IMG/VR virus record: IMGVR_UViG_3300030049_000016
Source of the DNA: an uncultured virus (IMG/VR IMGVR_UViG_3300030049_000016)
Taxonomy: Duplodnaviria > Heunggongvirae > Uroviricota > Caudoviricetes
Reading direction: 5' to 3' (one strand)
Length of the DNA stretch: 20,000 nucleotides
Under the pieces are notes generated by a model, which did no database searches, was not told the DNA's origin, and saw only the letters and a list, made by a program, of their open reading frames with translations. Below, piece after piece: positions 1 through 8,812 of the stretch. Position 1 is the stretch's first letter, and each line of letters begins with the position of its first letter. Made by a program: the position numbers and the translations under genes.

Positions 1-1
1 T

Positions 2-682
2 TTGAAAGATGGAAAACCTGATAATAAAATTATTTATGTTTTGACTGATATCAATACAAGAATTAGAGCTAGACTTTACAATGTTATTGGTGAGTTTTAT
101 ATGAATAGAGATAGAGGAACTGCTATTTCAAATAGATCCTCTACTACAGAATATGAAGGTGAAAAAGTATTAGTCCATACATCTTCTATTCAAGATGCTA
201 TGATCAGTAATTTAACTATGGAAGTTATTAACGAAAGAACCTTTGTTCATAAAGAAACAGTAAAATATATCATTAGATCTTTTCCAAGTGTATCCGAAAG
301 CATGTTAACAGACGCTTTAGTTAAAATAGCCATGATAGCAGATGCTCAGAGTCATTCTAAAGAACAGAATTTAATAAAAATACAAGACGGGAAACCTTTG
401 TATATTGGTATCAAAGTTCTTATTACAAATCTAATCAAGAATTCATATGCATATTGTAAAAGAAATAAAATAGATATTTCTAACAGAAAAGAAATATTTG
501 TTAAATGTCTTAATATCTATTCGGCATCTAGAATCTCAGATGACGATATTGCAGCAGTTAAAGATAGCATTGTTCATCTTGTGGAAATTATGGGTGAAAC
601 TAAAAGAGAGGCTACTAAATCTTCTCTCAGATTGGCTATTATCATGTATATTCTTGTTAGAAGTTTTAGATTTATTAAATAA
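2..682 (+). CDS. C-terminal part (5'-truncated by window) of a probable phiKZ gp68-like non-virion RNA polymerase subunit
   Basis: Frame open from the window edge. Segments 'DNKIIYVLTDINTRIR..LYN' and terminal 'SSLRLAIIMYILVRSF' resemble gp68-family C-termini as recalled. Not search-verified. Confidence 0.5.
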   Translation: MKDGKPDNKIIYVLTDINTRIRARLYNVIGEFYMNRDRGTAISNRSSTTEYEGEKVLVHTSSIQDAMISNLTMEVINERTFVHKETVKYIIRSFPSVSESMLTDALVKIAMIADAQSHSKEQNLIKIQDGKPLYIGIKVLITNLIKNSYAYCKRNKIDISNRKEIFVKCLNIYSASRISDDDIAAVKDSIVHLVEIMGETKREATKSSLRLAIIMYILVRSFRFIK

Positions 683-684
683 TA

Positions 685-718
685 TACAAGAGGATGGCCC
701 GATGGCCATCCTCTTGTA
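685..718. terminator. Hairpin between convergent genes, probable bidirectional terminator
   Basis: TACAAGAGGATGGCC-CGAT-GGCCATCCTCTTGTA, 15-bp arms, between stops at 682 (+) and 728 (-). Confidence 0.75.
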
Positions 719-727
719 AGTGTCTAT

Positions 728-1534
728 TTAGATACTCATAAGCATAATACGTTCGATCGTATCGGGGTCTAAGAAAGCTCCGCCTCTAAATTCATCTATT
801 AAATCTTTATATCTATCAAATTCTTGTTTATAATCTTCAATGATATCTTTAAACTTTCCTAATTCTTGACCGCCGCTTAATTCAGCTTCATTTATTTTTA
901 AAATAAGTTTTGTATAAATATAACATTTCGTCATGCATAAACCAAGATCTGCTAAAGGAGCAACTGCATCATGGTGTAAATTTGTAAATTCTTTATCATA
1001 TTCTAATCTACACGTCATAACCCAATCAACACTAAAGTTAGTCATAGGTGTCAGTTTAATAACATTACCTGTTTGTAAGACAGGAGTTGGTGTAATAACT
1101 TCATTGGCAAGTGTTCTGCTGTCAATGGCGGCTTGTGCAAGATTATAAAGATTATTTCCTCTATCATTAAAATCGGTAGGATCTGACATTCTACTATAAG
1201 CAAAAGGATATGATAGGTCAGTAACAGCCGTAATATTCCTATGTTCTCTAACAGCAGGAGGGATTCTATAAACAGCGGACATATTAGAAGTTATAACACC
1301 AGAAATTCCAGGAACGGGACTTGTTGGTTCCATAATACATTGACTTAGATAAATACGTTTTGTAGCACCAGCATAAATATTACAATCAGGAAGAACATAT
1401 GCTTCAATAACAGTATCCATAATTCTTTGATCTAGTGTAACTTTCCATTTATTTGGCTCAAAAGCCACATCAAGAATTCCTTCAGGAATATGTAAATATA
1501 TTTTTCTAAGTATTTGTTCAAAACCATTTATCAT
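728..1534 (-). CDS. Conserved phiKZ-like jumbo phage core hypothetical protein (268 aa)
   Basis: SD AAGGAG before ATG on the minus strand. Motifs 'IP..IL..AF', 'DCN', 'YRIP', 'K.YIY..L', 'L.GGQELG.FK.II..Y' recalled from phiKZ-related core proteins. Confidence 0.65.
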   Translation of the reverse strand: MINGFEQILRKIYLHIPEGILDVAFEPNKWKVTLDQRIMDTVIEAYVLPDCNIYAGATKRIYLSQCIMEPTSPVPGISGVITSNMSAVYRIPPAVREHRNITAVTDLSYPFAYSRMSDPTDFNDRGNNLYNLAQAAIDSRTLANEVITPTPVLQTGNVIKLTPMTNFSVDWVMTCRLEYDKEFTNLHHDAVAPLADLGLCMTKCYIYTKLILKINEAELSGGQELGKFKDIIEDYKQEFDRYKDLIDEFRGGAFLDPDTIERIMLMSI

Positions 1535-1583
1535 AAACAGTACTCCTTTTAGATGAAAAAATTAATTCATAAAATGTTAAGAT

Positions 1584-1592
1584 ATATATTAT
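1584..1592 (+). promoter_or_regulatory. Putative phage early promoter ATATATTAT
   Basis: Resembles phiKZ early motif TATATTAC; upstream of SD and ATG 1629. Confidence 0.6.
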
Positions 1593-1628
1593 TAAAATAG
1601 CTTATGGATAATTCCTCGGAGAATTTGT

Positions 1629-2045
1629 ATGTATAATCATAAACTCGATGTCTATGACATAAGTAAAGATTATAGCGTCTTAAAAGTTAATATAAAATTT
1701 GATGTTTATAAATTTGTAATTAAATCTGTAAAGATGAATGCTATGGTTATAGAAAATATTATTGATGAGATTGCTTTTTCTGATAGAGAACCTATTAAAA
1801 TTAAAACCATTTATGGTACTTATAATCTTAATATCGATACTATTTATAAATGTGAAATTTCAGATATTAATGGGGATGTTAAAACAAAGGTAAGAGAAGA
1901 CGAACCATGCTTATTAAATATTTATATTATTGGTGATCCTGTCAAACCCGATATTAATAAGAAAGAACATGTTAGTTGTGGTAAAACTATAAAAGAAATT
2001 ATTGATGCGGTAAATCATAAATTAACTGATAGGCGTGAAGGATAA
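1629..2045 (+). CDS. Hypothetical protein
   Basis: 138-aa ORF, SD GGAG, downstream of promoter motif. Confidence 0.7.
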   Translation: MYNHKLDVYDISKDYSVLKVNIKFDVYKFVIKSVKMNAMVIENIIDEIAFSDREPIKIKTIYGTYNLNIDTIYKCEISDINGDVKTKVREDEPCLLNIYIIGDPVKPDINKKEHVSCGKTIKEIIDAVNHKLTDRREG

Positions 2046-2051
2046 TCAATC

Positions 2052-2411
2052 GTGGATTTCTCTGAATATAGTACTTTAAAAAAAACCATGTTACGACACG
2101 AACGGGTACATTATTATCTTAAAAAGAGAATGGATAGAAAATTAAGTAAGCTTAAAGAACTAACCGGTCCTACAAATTTAAATGAACTTATTAATTATTT
2201 CAGAACTAGATTAAGTTTAGCAAGTACTGTGTTGATTGCAGGTTATACAGTCAATATTAGTCAACAAACAGTTATATTTAGTATCGTTAGCGATGATAAA
2301 AAACTAGAAAAAATGTTGTATGATGAGATTGTTAATATAACTGGCTTTAATTATAATTTTGAAATTGTTGATTTTGGTTTATATAAGCTCTCAATTAGAA
2401 CAAGGGTGTAG
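2052..2411 (+). CDS. Hypothetical protein
   Basis: 119-aa ORF, AAGGA upstream of GTG, operon-like packing. Confidence 0.65.
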   Translation: MDFSEYSTLKKTMLRHERVHYYLKKRMDRKLSKLKELTGPTNLNELINYFRTRLSLASTVLIAGYTVNISQQTVIFSIVSDDKKLEKMLYDEIVNITGFNYNFEIVDFGLYKLSIRTRV

Positions 2412-2413
2412 AA

Positions 2414-2737
2414 ATGTATCTAAATTGTAAAGTAAGAGATGATAAAATTATTATTTCTAAAAATGATATTGAACAATATCATACTAATATCATCAGAGCT
2501 AAAGATATCGGTCCTTGTTACATAATTGTGAATGATGATGAACAATATAGTAGCATCATCAATAATATTAGAATATTTATCTGCGATGGTGAATTTATTC
2601 ATATGAAAGATAATGACGTTGAAGACATCACTGTTGATAATTTTAAAGATGGTACAAATATAGTAATTAATTGGAAAAATAATAAGAATGCATTAAAACA
2701 ATATAATAGTTTTATTATGAAATTAGCTGCATTATAA
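2414..2737 (+). CDS. Hypothetical protein
   Basis: 107-aa ORF, 2 nt after the previous stop. Confidence 0.65.
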   Translation: MYLNCKVRDDKIIISKNDIEQYHTNIIRAKDIGPCYIIVNDDEQYSSIINNIRIFICDGEFIHMKDNDVEDITVDNFKDGTNIVINWKNNKNALKQYNSFIMKLAAL

Positions 2738-2780
2738 AAAGTCGTAGTATATTTATTTAAATATTTAGAGGAGAACGACG

Positions 2781-2954
2781 ATGTATGGATCTATCTTTGA
2801 GCAAGCGACTAATTCCTGTAGACTTGCTTTATCTGCGGCTAAAACAGAATACCTCTCATTGAAGGATAAAAATATTCCTACTAAAAATAAAATTATTGTT
2901 AATAAATATATCTCTGTTTATAAAGAAAATATGAATATTAAAACTATTGGTTAA
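2781..2954 (+). CDS. Small hypothetical protein (57 aa, MYGSIFEQ...IKTIG), not in ORF track
   Basis: Strong SD GAGGAG 7 nt before ATG; ends just before hairpin 2981. Confidence 0.6.
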   Translation: MYGSIFEQATNSCRLALSAAKTEYLSLKDKNIPTKNKIIVNKYISVYKENMNIKTIG

Positions 2955-2980
2955 ATAGTGTGATATTGTTAATTAAAATC

Positions 2981-3011
2981 ATAAGGATGTGGCAAAATGC
3001 CACATCCTTAT
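2981..3011 (+). terminator. Hairpin, probable terminator
   Basis: ATAAGGATGTGGCA-AAA-TGCCACATCCTTAT, 14-bp arms. Confidence 0.7.
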
Positions 3012-3064
3012 ATTCCTTAATAATTGTATACTTTTTAATATACGCATTTCAAATTTTTTTGATT

Positions 3065-3073
3065 ATATATTAT
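3065..3073 (+). promoter_or_regulatory. Putative early promoter ATATATTAT
   Basis: Motif about 30 nt upstream of ATG 3104 (SD TAAGGAG). Confidence 0.6.
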
Positions 3074-3103
3074 TAATGCGATGACTTAAATAAGGAGCGG
3101 ATC

Positions 3104-3697
3104 ATGAAATATGCTACAAAAGAATCGATGACATATGGATTATGTCTATTTTATATTTTCAATGCTATAGCAGCACCAGTAATGTTTGTCGACGTGTTTG
3201 CTAAGGGAGGAAAGCAATTATTCAGTATAACTGAGTTTTGTGGAGCTGTATTAGCATTATCGGCAACAATAATACTAAAGAAGTATAAAAATAAAATAAT
3301 AAATATATTTCCTATACTCTCTATTTTGGTTGGTATGGGAAATATAATTGTCATACTCGCGACATTACCAATGATATACAAAATATGGATAGATACAACT
3401 ATAACCGTATTCTTCCTAGGGTTTACAACAAGCGTACAGGAGGTTATTGTTGCTAGAAAATTTAAAAGTGTTATGGAGAAGTATATCGTTGAAAAGACAG
3501 TTATGAATAACTGCTCTAAATTGTTAGCACTGTCTGGGGGTATATTAGTAACAACATGTATTTCTCTGACATTGTATCAGGTGTTGTGGATAGAGGCCCT
3601 GGCTGATATATCTTGGACATCTTTGGCCATATGGTCTTGGATACAACTAAGAAGAATTGAGAGTGGGGCTTTACGCCACACTCCTTTTATTTTTTAA
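3104..3697 (+). CDS. Multi-pass membrane protein (about 5-6 hydrophobic segments)
   Basis: SD TAAGGAG; hydrophobic stretches separated by Lys-rich loops; 3' end runs through a hairpin and T-tract. Confidence 0.75.
   Translation: MKYATKESMTYGLCLFYIFNAIAAPVMFVDVFAKGGKQLFSITEFCGAVLALSATIILKKYKNKIINIFPILSILVGMGNIIVILATLPMIYKIWIDTTITVFFLGFTTSVQEVIVARKFKSVMEKYIVEKTVMNNCSKLLALSGGILVTTCISLTLYQVLWIEALADISWTSLAIWSWIQLRRIESGALRHTPFIF
3661..3695 (+). terminator. Hairpin plus T-tract inside the 3' end of CDS 3104-3697
   Basis: GAGTG-g-GGC-TTTAC-GCC-a-CACTC followed by CTTTTATTTTTT. Confidence 0.5.
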
Positions 3698-3710
3698 CAA
3701 TATCTTAAAC

Positions 3711-3719
3711 ATATATTAC
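3711..3719 (+). promoter_or_regulatory. Putative early promoter ATATATTAC
   Basis: Exact TATATTAC; upstream context nearly identical to the 12287 copy. Confidence 0.7.
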
Positions 3720-3757
3720 TTATATAGGTACATCTCGAATTAGTGGAGAAAATAAAA

Positions 3758-4423
3758 ATGTCTATGTTAAAGAGTTTTCTAGAAAGCATTAAAATCATAG
3801 AAACAGACGATGACTATTATAAATATATTATTCGTATTGATGAACTTAGAATTTGTAGTAATAGAACTGCATTAGAATCACATCAGTTAAAGATATTAGA
3901 ATTGATGGTTAACCAATATAGGGCGAATAGTTATTATAAATCAGATATTAATCCCAAATCAAGAAGTGTTGTTCAAGATTGGGTTAAAGAAAATATGACT
4001 CTTCGTCAACAAGCTACTTTGTTATCAGCACTTCGTGGTTGTGATGGTGTATCAAAACACGATCCTGCAAAGAAGTTGACAAGAGCACTTCGTAAAGTTA
4101 TGCTTAATCCTGCCGATCCTGATTTTATGAATGACCCCAATAATACATTCATGAAGGGATCTATATCTATCGAAATCATTAATGAATTTTTAGGTGATAT
4201 TGATCATTATCCCACACATTGGTTAATTCATTTTACTCATGCTGCTATGCTTGTGGGATTCTTTCATCCAGACAACGAGGTTGGTATTATCTGGTTATCT
4301 CTTTATCATGCTATTGTTACTAATTTACATATGCATCCTGAAACTAAAGATGAAGTTAATATAAGACTTCGTGATGGCCGTAGAACTGTTGATGAAGAAA
4401 TTGGAGCACGCGCTCGCATATGA
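3758..4423 (+). CDS. Conserved phage hypothetical protein with His-rich helical C-terminal domain
   Basis: SD GGAG favours ATG 3758 over GTG 3743. Pattern 'SVVQDWV..LRQQATLLSALRGCDG...HW..HF.HA...G..HP...LH..PET....RL' recalled as a widespread phage family of unknown function. Confidence 0.75.
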   Translation: MSMLKSFLESIKIIETDDDYYKYIIRIDELRICSNRTALESHQLKILELMVNQYRANSYYKSDINPKSRSVVQDWVKENMTLRQQATLLSALRGCDGVSKHDPAKKLTRALRKVMLNPADPDFMNDPNNTFMKGSISIEIINEFLGDIDHYPTHWLIHFTHAAMLVGFFHPDNEVGIIWLSLYHAIVTNLHMHPETKDEVNIRLRDGRRTVDEEIGARARI

Positions 4424-4431
4424 GTTAAGTT

Positions 4432-4465
4432 GATATATAAGGAGGATAAATCCTCCTTATATATC
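4432..4465 (+). terminator. Hairpin terminator
   Basis: GATATATAAGGAGGAT-AA-ATCCTCCTTATATATC, then TAATATTTTTT. Confidence 0.75.
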
Positions 4466-4506
4466 TAATATTTTTTATAAAATCTGTAACCAAATTAATT
4501 TTGAAT

Positions 4507-4515
4507 ATATATTAC
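4507..4515 (+). promoter_or_regulatory. Putative early promoter ATATATTAC
   Basis: Exact TATATTAC after the terminator, before SD and ATG 4550. Confidence 0.7.
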
Positions 4516-4549
4516 TTATAGGAAGCATGTCAAATACGGAGTGATTATC

Positions 4550-4807
4550 ATGGCTGTATATGTCGATATTAACGGGCTTAAACTTGCACCTATTTATTGT
4601 GGTGATGGTCCTATTGTCCGCACTGTTGACAATGTTACCATATATGCCACAGAAGAAGACGATGTCGCTATTTTGGCAGATGGCAACGAATTGAAAAGAA
4701 TCATTCTTCTCTGTACCAACATCAGAACAATTGAGCCAGGTATTGTTCACACAATGCGTTGGGGTGGTGAAGATGCTAGATTTATCTTTAACAATTTAAT
4801 CATGTAG
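4550..4807 (+). CDS. Hypothetical protein
   Basis: SD GGAG at 4538-4541 favours ATG 4550. Confidence 0.7.
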   Translation: MAVYVDINGLKLAPIYCGDGPIVRTVDNVTIYATEEDDVAILADGNELKRIILLCTNIRTIEPGIVHTMRWGGEDARFIFNNLIM

Positions 4808-4817
4808 GAGTGATGAC

Positions 4818-5096
4818 ATGAACATGCGTGAAGCTTCTAAAGAAGAGAAATTGGAGATTCTCGGTTCTATGGCTGAGTTCTCCTGGTGCTGGGATGAACA
4901 CTTCCTCGTTAGGATCGAGAATAAATTGTTTTTGTGGTCTGATCCCGATCACTGCGGAAACAATCGGTTTCTCGAACTCAATATTCCATTTACGCAGGCT
5001 GTTGCCAAATATAGCGGTGCTACTGTTCGAGATAAAGGGTGTCAGATAGTTCGTGACTATTGTGGCGATAACATCACTATTCAACTACGAAATTAG
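4818..5096 (+). CDS. Hypothetical protein
   Basis: SD AGGAG, 92 aa. Confidence 0.7.
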   Translation: MNMREASKEEKLEILGSMAEFSWCWDEHFLVRIENKLFLWSDPDHCGNNRFLELNIPFTQAVAKYSGATVRDKGCQIVRDYCGDNITIQLRN

Positions 5097-5107
5097 GAGT
5101 AGTAACC

Positions 5108-5500
5108 GTGTCTCTGTTTGTATTTGCTAAAAATTTGTTCAGATATATAACGATGATTCTATCAAAATCATCGTTATATATTGTAAATATTAGTAAAAAG
5201 AGTAAAACAAAAATAATTACTAATAATAATGATTCATCTGTTACAATTAAAGAAATTATAACAACATATGAACATAGTAATGTTCTTAATTATATCGGAA
5301 TAGACGGTTATATACGTTCACTAGTTTATACTGGAATATGTTCTAATTCTCCTATTGTTAAACGAATTACTTATAATATTAAAAACGATGTAGAAAAAGA
5401 ATGCGCTAATAAACTACTACAGTATTTGAAGTGTTATTATAAATGTTCTGAAGAAATAGATCTAATTAATCAGATCGGTATAATTATAATTGATTGGTAA
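5108..5500 (+). CDS. Hypothetical protein
   Basis: SD AGGAG before GTG, 130 aa. Confidence 0.6.
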   Translation: MSLFVFAKNLFRYITMILSKSSLYIVNISKKSKTKIITNNNDSSVTIKEIITTYEHSNVLNYIGIDGYIRSLVYTGICSNSPIVKRITYNIKNDVEKECANKLLQYLKCYYKCSEEIDLINQIGIIIIDW

Positions 5501-5547
5501 TATCACATGCATGAAAACATAAAAAACTACGAACGGAGAAGGAAACT

Positions 5548-5799
5548 ATGTCTACAGACTATTACCCGAAACAACCAATACCAATAGATACTTTTGTAAA
5601 ATTGGCTATAGTAAATGGAGTTAATATTAATTATTGTTTGGAATATCAGAAAGATGAAATAACATATTTTCATGCTATAAAAACTGTTAATAATAATCCA
5701 GGACTCATTGTTGTCGAGATTGATCATAAAGCTGGTGTTATCGAAGGATTTGGCAGATATGGATGTAATCATACAGACTGGCTAGAGAAATTTCTATGA
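5548..5799 (+). CDS. Hypothetical protein
   Basis: SD GGAGAAGGA, 83 aa. Confidence 0.65.
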   Translation: MSTDYYPKQPIPIDTFVKLAIVNGVNINYCLEYQKDEITYFHAIKTVNNNPGLIVVEIDHKAGVIEGFGRYGCNHTDWLEKFL

Positions 5800-5878
5800 A
5801 AACATTACAATATTAAATTAAATGAATTAATAGGTTAAATTCAATTCAGTATATACAGAAAGAAAAGGAGAATACTAC

Positions 5879-6295
5879 ATGGCATATGATACAATTGATA
5901 ATTTGATGCTTAATGGTACTTATGTGCTGGGAGTTTTTGGTAATAGATATGGTGGTGGTTATATTGCTGCTATGTGTTGGCATATGGATTTGTTGTTAGT
6001 AATTGAAGATGATTATACTGGCGGTGATGATCGAGGGTGTTCCGTAAGTGAATTCTTCTCTACAAATGATGTATACCCCGCAGCATGGGGAGAAACACCA
6101 TCGGCGGCATTAGCGGAATTAGAAACTAAATTAAAGAATATTGTTAGTTCATCGAATTATGATTATGATAAATGGAATACATTAGTTATAGGTACAGTAA
6201 CAGAATATCACAATGCTCGCCAATTGGCACAATACTTAGAATTTCCAAATACACTACAAGTAGCTATAGATGAATGGAAGAAACAATTACTGTAA
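5879..6295 (+). CDS. Hypothetical protein
   Basis: SD AAGGAG, 138 aa. Confidence 0.75.
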   Translation: MAYDTIDNLMLNGTYVLGVFGNRYGGGYIAAMCWHMDLLLVIEDDYTGGDDRGCSVSEFFSTNDVYPAAWGETPSAALAELETKLKNIVSSSNYDYDKWNTLVIGTVTEYHNARQLAQYLEFPNTLQVAIDEWKKQLL

Positions 6296-6336
6296 GTTAT
6301 TTAAACTATATAATAAAAAATTTTAAATGGTAATAA

Positions 6337-6397
6337 AAAAGAGTTAAGTATAGTGGCAGAGAGTAATATCTCTGTACGATAGTTAACTTTTTATTTT
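6337..6397 (+). terminator. Long irregular hairpin with T-tract
   Basis: AAAAGAGTTAA pairs imperfectly with TTAACTTTTT; inner GCAGAGA/TCTCTGT; followed by ATTTT. Confidence 0.45.
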
Positions 6398-6413
6398 ATC
6401 AGGAGAAATTATC

Positions 6414-7247
6414 ATGCTTGAAGAAGCAACTATCCGTCAGAAAATTGGTGAAGATATCACCAACGTTACAAATGGTAATTTCGATGGACCACTCTGGGTC
6501 TGGAGAGATAAAAACGAAACAACAGGTGTCTTGGGGTTAATCTCTAAATTGAACCACCATATTCCCGAAGGGCTTGAGTATGCATGGTTTCACAATAGTG
6601 TTGAGAGATTTATTCAGGACCTTCTCTCAGCAAGTGATTGTAGTAATGAGTCATATGAGACGATTACCAGGTTTATCAACTCTGTTATTAAGGTCGGTAC
6701 TGGTGGAGCCGAGTATACGATTTTCTACCATACCCCATTCGATCGTATAACTGGTGCAGATTCATATCGCCCAGCTATTTTTACTGTAACCCCGGGTGTT
6801 TCCAATATCATATTGCATCACAACGTTCCGACATATGACTGCCGGGCACGTGATGAATACATTAAAAATGGTTATGGAGATCGTGAGTTCTTCCGAACAT
6901 ATCGTCTCAGTGAGAAGCAGTTGAGTGATGGCAAATTCTGGTTTTTAAATGGAGAAGTCTTCGACTCTTCTGGAGAACCTGAGTTATTCACTCTTAAGAT
7001 CGTCACGAATAATGAGGCCGATGTGACATCTGTCACGTTTCCCATTGATGATTATGTGACTGGAGAAATGAATGACGGGCATCTCATTATAACGCTCATC
7101 AATCCCGATAGAGTCAAGAACATTGATATCAATACCGACGACTTCTCATTTGCTGAACTCGGAGATGCTATTTTCAAACGTAAACGAGAGCTTGTCATCA
7201 ACACCGGATACAAATATCCTGATCAAGCGGAGGTTATAGATGTCTGA
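6414..7247 (+). CDS. Hypothetical protein (277 aa)
   Basis: SD AGGAG; long ORF; no recognisable motif. Confidence 0.8.
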   Translation: MLEEATIRQKIGEDITNVTNGNFDGPLWVWRDKNETTGVLGLISKLNHHIPEGLEYAWFHNSVERFIQDLLSASDCSNESYETITRFINSVIKVGTGGAEYTIFYHTPFDRITGADSYRPAIFTVTPGVSNIILHHNVPTYDCRARDEYIKNGYGDREFFRTYRLSEKQLSDGKFWFLNGEVFDSSGEPELFTLKIVTNNEADVTSVTFPIDDYVTGEMNDGHLIITLINPDRVKNIDINTDDFSFAELGDAIFKRKRELVINTGYKYPDQAEVIDV

Positions 7248-7416
7248 GAAAAAACCGATCCGTACTACAGAAGAGCTACTCGAAGCATGGAAACATCTTC
7301 GTAATGCAACTCCGAGAGAGCTTGCGGTTGTCGATCCTTACTTTCTTCCAGAAGTAATGTATCGCCTCAAGGAGATAAATGATGAACTTACAGATCCACA
7401 TCTGTGGCCAACATGA
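7240..7416 (+). CDS. Small hypothetical protein (58 aa, MSEKKPIRTT...HLWPT), not in ORF track
   Basis: SD GGAGG 6 nt before ATG 7240, overlapping the previous gene end; stops just before palindrome 7423. Confidence 0.65.
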   Translation: MSEKKPIRTTEELLEAWKHLRNATPRELAVVDPYFLPEVMYRLKEINDELTDPHLWPT

Positions 7417-7422
7417 AAGATA

Positions 7423-7454
7423 CTGATGCGAGACGAGATCTCGTCTCGCATCAG
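7423..7454. repeat. Perfect 32-bp palindrome without loop
   Basis: CTGATGCGAGACGAGA|TCTCGTCTCGCATCAG; followed by an A-tract, not a T-tract. Confidence 0.9.
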
Positions 7455-7491
7455 CTACAAAAAAACACAATACTGGGGTAGGAGCATGATC

Positions 7492-7806
7492 ATGATTTCG
7501 CCTATATATCCACTAAGTCTAGTCTCTGTTATTTTGATTTTTATTATTGTCTATAGAATTCTAATAGAATTGAAAGCGATTAGTGCCATTAATATGGGAT
7601 TTTATCAAGGATTGCCGAGCACACATTTACGCCAAGTAGAGCATGCTTGTATTGTTATCAGAACACCAATCTTTGAGAATGAACTCAAGTCCGTAGTTAG
7701 ATGTATAAAGAACGATCTGTGGATACAGGCTATCTATCAAAATAAGAAATCAGATTATCCCAATATAGCAAGGTTTGCTAAATATCACAACATTGAACTA
7801 GAATAA
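7492..7806 (+). CDS. Hypothetical protein with N-terminal transmembrane helix
   Basis: SD AGGAG favours ATG 7492 over 7426; hydrophobic LSLVSVILIFIIVY. Confidence 0.6.
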   Translation: MISPIYPLSLVSVILIFIIVYRILIELKAISAINMGFYQGLPSTHLRQVEHACIVIRTPIFENELKSVVRCIKNDLWIQAIYQNKKSDYPNIARFAKYHNIELE

Positions 7807-7820
7807 AGGAGTTTAAGCTT

Positions 7821-8099
7821 ATGACTCTTGACGAAGAAGAACTTGAGCTAAGTAAACAGCTCGATAATATTTACATTGCTATTGTGAATGAATATCATTT
7901 AAGATCTCAGTATATAGTTAAACGATTATTTGAAATTAAGCAACAGAAGATTTTATTACAACCGCTATCTATATCGTTTGATGAAGTACAACCCTGTTAT
8001 AATAAACAAGAATTTCTGGATCGGATGGCACAGCTTCCAAAATTAGATGACTCCGAGAGTCTCTCTGCTATCTTTAAAGAAGAAGGAACATCATCATGA
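7821..8099 (+). CDS. Hypothetical protein
   Basis: SD AAGGAG, 92 aa. Confidence 0.7.
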   Translation: MTLDEEELELSKQLDNIYIAIVNEYHLRSQYIVKRLFEIKQQKILLQPLSISFDEVQPCYNKQEFLDRMAQLPKLDDSESLSAIFKEEGTSS

Positions 8100-8302
8100 A
8101 ACAACTCACTATCTCGACGACATTCGATGATGCACAGCATGAACTCGCACTAAAGGATGTGCTGGATAAGTCAATGCGGTGTGTAATCAATAAGCAGATG
8201 AAAGTGTTATTTGCAGACCCACATCTTGATGTTTCTGATTGCCGGTGGTTTAAAGGACCCCCCGATCTATCTGCTGACACTAAGCTTATTCAAGGTGGTT
8301 AA
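8096..8302 (+). CDS. Hypothetical protein
   Basis: ATGA overlap with the previous stop, SD AAGGA. Confidence 0.6.
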   Translation: MKQLTISTTFDDAQHELALKDVLDKSMRCVINKQMKVLFADPHLDVSDCRWFKGPPDLSADTKLIQGG

Positions 8303-8420
8303 TATTACCAAAGACGGCATAATGTGCTATGACGGTATCCCTGACGATAATATCCTCGTCAAATCTCGCTTGGCGGCCGATGCCGAGATCCTTAAGGATC
8401 TCTTGAAAGAAAAAACATGA
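8295..8420 (+). CDS. Possible small hypothetical protein (start uncertain)
   Basis: Open frame filling the gap; GTG 8295 overlaps the previous gene end. Confidence 0.3.
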   Translation: MVNITKDGIMCYDGIPDDNILVKSRLAADAEILKDLLKEKT

Positions 8421-8490
8421 TCAAATATATACAAGATAAGTCCACTCTTTGAATTGTGTAATCAAACACAGTTCATTGGAGTATGACTAG

Positions 8491-8697
8491 GTGACTAAAG
8501 AACAAGAACTGAAGTTTTGGGATGCTTTGGGCGATGGCTCTGGCTGGCCTAAAATGACGGACGACCCAGAAGTCAACTTTGTGGTAGACTGGTTCGTGGC
8601 CGACAAAGACGATTGGGATTTCTCCTATACCACATGGGACGAACTCCCTGAGGAGGACAAAATCGTCTACCGTTACGAAGCAGAGCATATGAAGTAA
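8491..8697 (+). CDS. Small acidic, Trp-rich hypothetical protein
   Basis: GGAG upstream of GTG; 68 aa rich in D/E/W; ends before hairpin 8704. Confidence 0.65.
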   Translation: MTKEQELKFWDALGDGSGWPKMTDDPEVNFVVDWFVADKDDWDFSYTTWDELPEEDKIVYRYEAEHMK

Positions 8698-8703
8698 AAC
8701 TAC

Positions 8704-8743
8704 ATAGAGGATGTGCCGATGCACATCCTCTATTTTTTTATTT
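8704..8743 (+). terminator. Rho-independent terminator
   Basis: ATAGAGGATGTGC-CGAT-GCACATCCTCTAT plus TTTTTTATTT. Confidence 0.85.
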
Positions 8744-8764
8744 GTAGTCAATTATATTTCAAAT

Positions 8765-8773
8765 ATATATTAT
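8765..8773 (+). promoter_or_regulatory. Putative early promoter ATATATTAT
   Basis: After the terminator, before SD TAAGGTG and ATG 8813. Confidence 0.65.
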
Positions 8774-8812
8774 TATTATGTAATGTTATAACAGAAGGTA
8801 AGGTGTACTAAA

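Noticed and set aside
4550..4807. DUF4031 call from N-terminal MAVYVD
   Set aside because: The rest of the protein lacks that family's His-containing motifs
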